Shown piece by piece: positions 54,038 to 55,173 of a stretch of 55,173 nucleotides of DNA. A program made the position numbers and the translations under genes. The notes under the pieces are model-generated. The model had not been told where the DNA came from, made no database searches, and saw only the letters and a list, made by a program, of their open reading frames with translations. The DNA comes from Candidatus Micrarchaeota archaeon (GTDB lineage Archaea > Micrarchaeota > Micrarchaeia > Anstonellales > Bilamarchaeaceae), in the NCBI GenBank assembly GCA_043803165.1, contig JAZDKI010000020.1:1-55173 (forward strand). Direction: 5' to 3'. Numbering within the stretch: position 1 is the first letter of the stretch; every line of letters starts with the position of its first letter.

Positions 54038-54724
54038 TCAAACTGAGAATATTACCTCATAACATGTAGTTGCACCTGTAGCTTCTTTCATTTTCATCGC
54101 GGCATCCTTCATTGCGCCCTTTAATATGTCCGCCGAAACGCTTGCCGGATGATAAATCAGCATAAGAACCTCTTTTGTGCCGAGTGTGATGCAAGTTCTT
54201 CGGGAATCAGCAGTTGGCCCTCCGAAAGCTCCCTTGGCGTCACTTGTGATGATCCGGTTTTCTACATTGATCGGTTTCCCGCTAATGCCTTCATACGTCT
54301 GTCCTGGCTGCCCTATGGTTAAGGTGATGGTCTCTCCTTCGAGTTTAGCCATATCGTAGACCCCGCATGGATACGCGGTCCGGAGCGATATCACATTATT
54401 GGTATCAACCACGGTATTTATTCGGTAAAGTCCCTGTCCTCCAACAATCCTGCGTATCAACGCCTCTCCAGATGCCCTTTCTTTCGTAGGATCCAAGCCT
54501 GCCTTGGAAAATATGGCGCGGATTCCTTTTATCACAGGGTCATCTGAGATCGATTTGGTGTCCTTGAACCTGTTGGAAACAGAACGAGAAGCCTCTTTTA
54601 TTGCCTGATCCACAATTGAATTATTCTGTTCAGTACGGACGCCAATGAAGTGTATACAACCGATGCCCAAGCCAGCGAGTTTCTCCCGTGTGCTTTCCTC
54701 AACATTAATAGTGAATGTTTTCAT
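54038..54724 (-). CDS. B3/B4 (PheRS beta-like tRNA-binding) domain protein
   Basis: The 228-aa product has IRAIFSKAGLDPTKERASGEALIRRI ... INTVVDTNNVISLRTAYPCGVYD ... ITLTIG, which matches the stand-alone B3_4 family pattern. Confidence 0.6.
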   Translation of the reverse strand: MKTFTINVEESTREKLAGLGIGCIHFIGVRTEQNNSIVDQAIKEASRSVSNRFKDTKSISDDPVIKGIRAIFSKAGLDPTKERASGEALIRRIVGGQGLYRINTVVDTNNVISLRTAYPCGVYDMAKLEGETITLTIGQPGQTYEGISGKPINVENRIITSDAKGAFGGPTADSRRTCITLGTKEVLMLIYHPASVSADILKGAMKDAAMKMKEATGATTCYEVIFSV

Positions 54725-54779
54725 ATCTCTGTATTCCGGAAACAGTCTTTTAATTCTCTGGCCCTCAGATGAGAAATCG

Positions 54780-55173
54780 GCAAGATGGATGTGATCTGGA
54801 AAACTTAGACGATGGCAATCTTTGATTGCCAGATGTGAGCCGCATCAGCGGATCACAAGAGATCTGAAAGCGCTAAGGCAGGATTTGAGACCATGGCGAA
54901 CCAGCAAGGCTGGTTTGCCAATAGTGGAACGCGATAAGCGTTCCACTGCTGATCTGAGGTCCGATTGAACGGCGAACCGTTCAATGGACCAGCGAACGAA
55001 GCGTCGTTCGCTCGGTCATCACGAAAGTGCTACCTCAGAGCATGGCAAACTCGGTTTGCCAGAATTGACCGATAAGGTCAATAAAGATCTGAATGCAGGA
55101 GGAACACGGCTAGGACAATCCTAGAGTCTGAACCTCAGCGGATACCGCAAAATCGGCATATCGGACAGTCTGT
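54780..55173. other. ORF-free run of at least 9 stem-loops with a repeated unit ending in GATCTGA; truncated by the window end
   Basis: Hairpins are at 54814-54830, 54840-54851, 54894-54920, 54923-54947, 54958-54990, 54991-55012, 55043-55061, 55064-55082 and 55110-55124. GATCTG occurs at 54793, 54861, 54951 and 55086. Island repeat copy E (ATGCAGGAGGAAC...) is at 55093-55139. No ORF of 60 aa or more occurs in any frame. Confidence 0.6.

Noticed and set aside
54780-55173. A possible CRISPR array, given the many short palindromes at semi-regular spacing.
   Set aside because: There is no constant-length identical repeat. Units differ in length (about 55-135 nt) and in sequence, and no cas genes are in the window.

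Overview
This is a 55.2-kb archaeal chromosomal window. Archaeal markers include aIF6, prefoldin alpha, fibrillarin, ribosomal proteins L31e/L39e/LX/S19e, Bud32, Cdc48 and a class-III-signal pilin. TATA-like boxes sit 17-27 nt upstream of many ATGs, which suggests mostly leaderless mRNAs. All calls were made by eye from the sequence and the ORF track; no database search was run.

Zone 1 (1-25.6 kb) is core informational and metabolic genes at about 60% GC: ileS, valS, the conserved cluster rps19e-PDCD5-like-rpl39e-rpl31e-eif6-rplX-pfdA-ftsY, flpA, a PAS histidine kinase plus receiver, and pyrBI. It is interrupted by an orphan 1,624-aa membrane/coiled-coil giant gene and two further orphan genes.

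Zone 2 (25.7-38.2 kb) is a secretome zone of lipobox-bearing, Cys-rich surface proteins: a beta-helix protein, a transglutaminase-like protein, a legumain-like C13 peptidase with seven Cys-rich modules, and an HExxH lipoprotein. It also holds tmk, a tRNA-Glu(UUC) that needs two introns, a 1.35-kb lower-GC insertion bounded by a 12-bp copy of the tRNA 3' end, and an SRP RNA that the ORF track cannot show.

Zone 3 (38.2-46.2 kb) is core again: bud32, an S2P protease, cdc48, an RPA-like OB-fold protein, NFACT-N, ACT, DUF424, a nitroreductase and two ankyrin genes.

Zone 4 (46.2-55.2 kb) is a lower-GC (about 43-47%), almost entirely minus-strand accessory array: HEPN/MNT, a tandem Lrp, Fic, an orphan plus HTH_10 pair, and a B3/4 protein. 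Most of its spacers carry one short hairpin-forming repeat family (ATGCAGGAGGAAGRCCCT ... CTGAGGTCTG, plus GGCCTCAGAG). It ends in a 450-bp ORF-free run of covarying stem-loops that continues off the window. This cassette-like array is the best candidate for something new: integron/attC-like, a new mobile module, or a shared terminator module. No recombinase is visible in the window. No CRISPR array, rRNA or intact transposase was seen.
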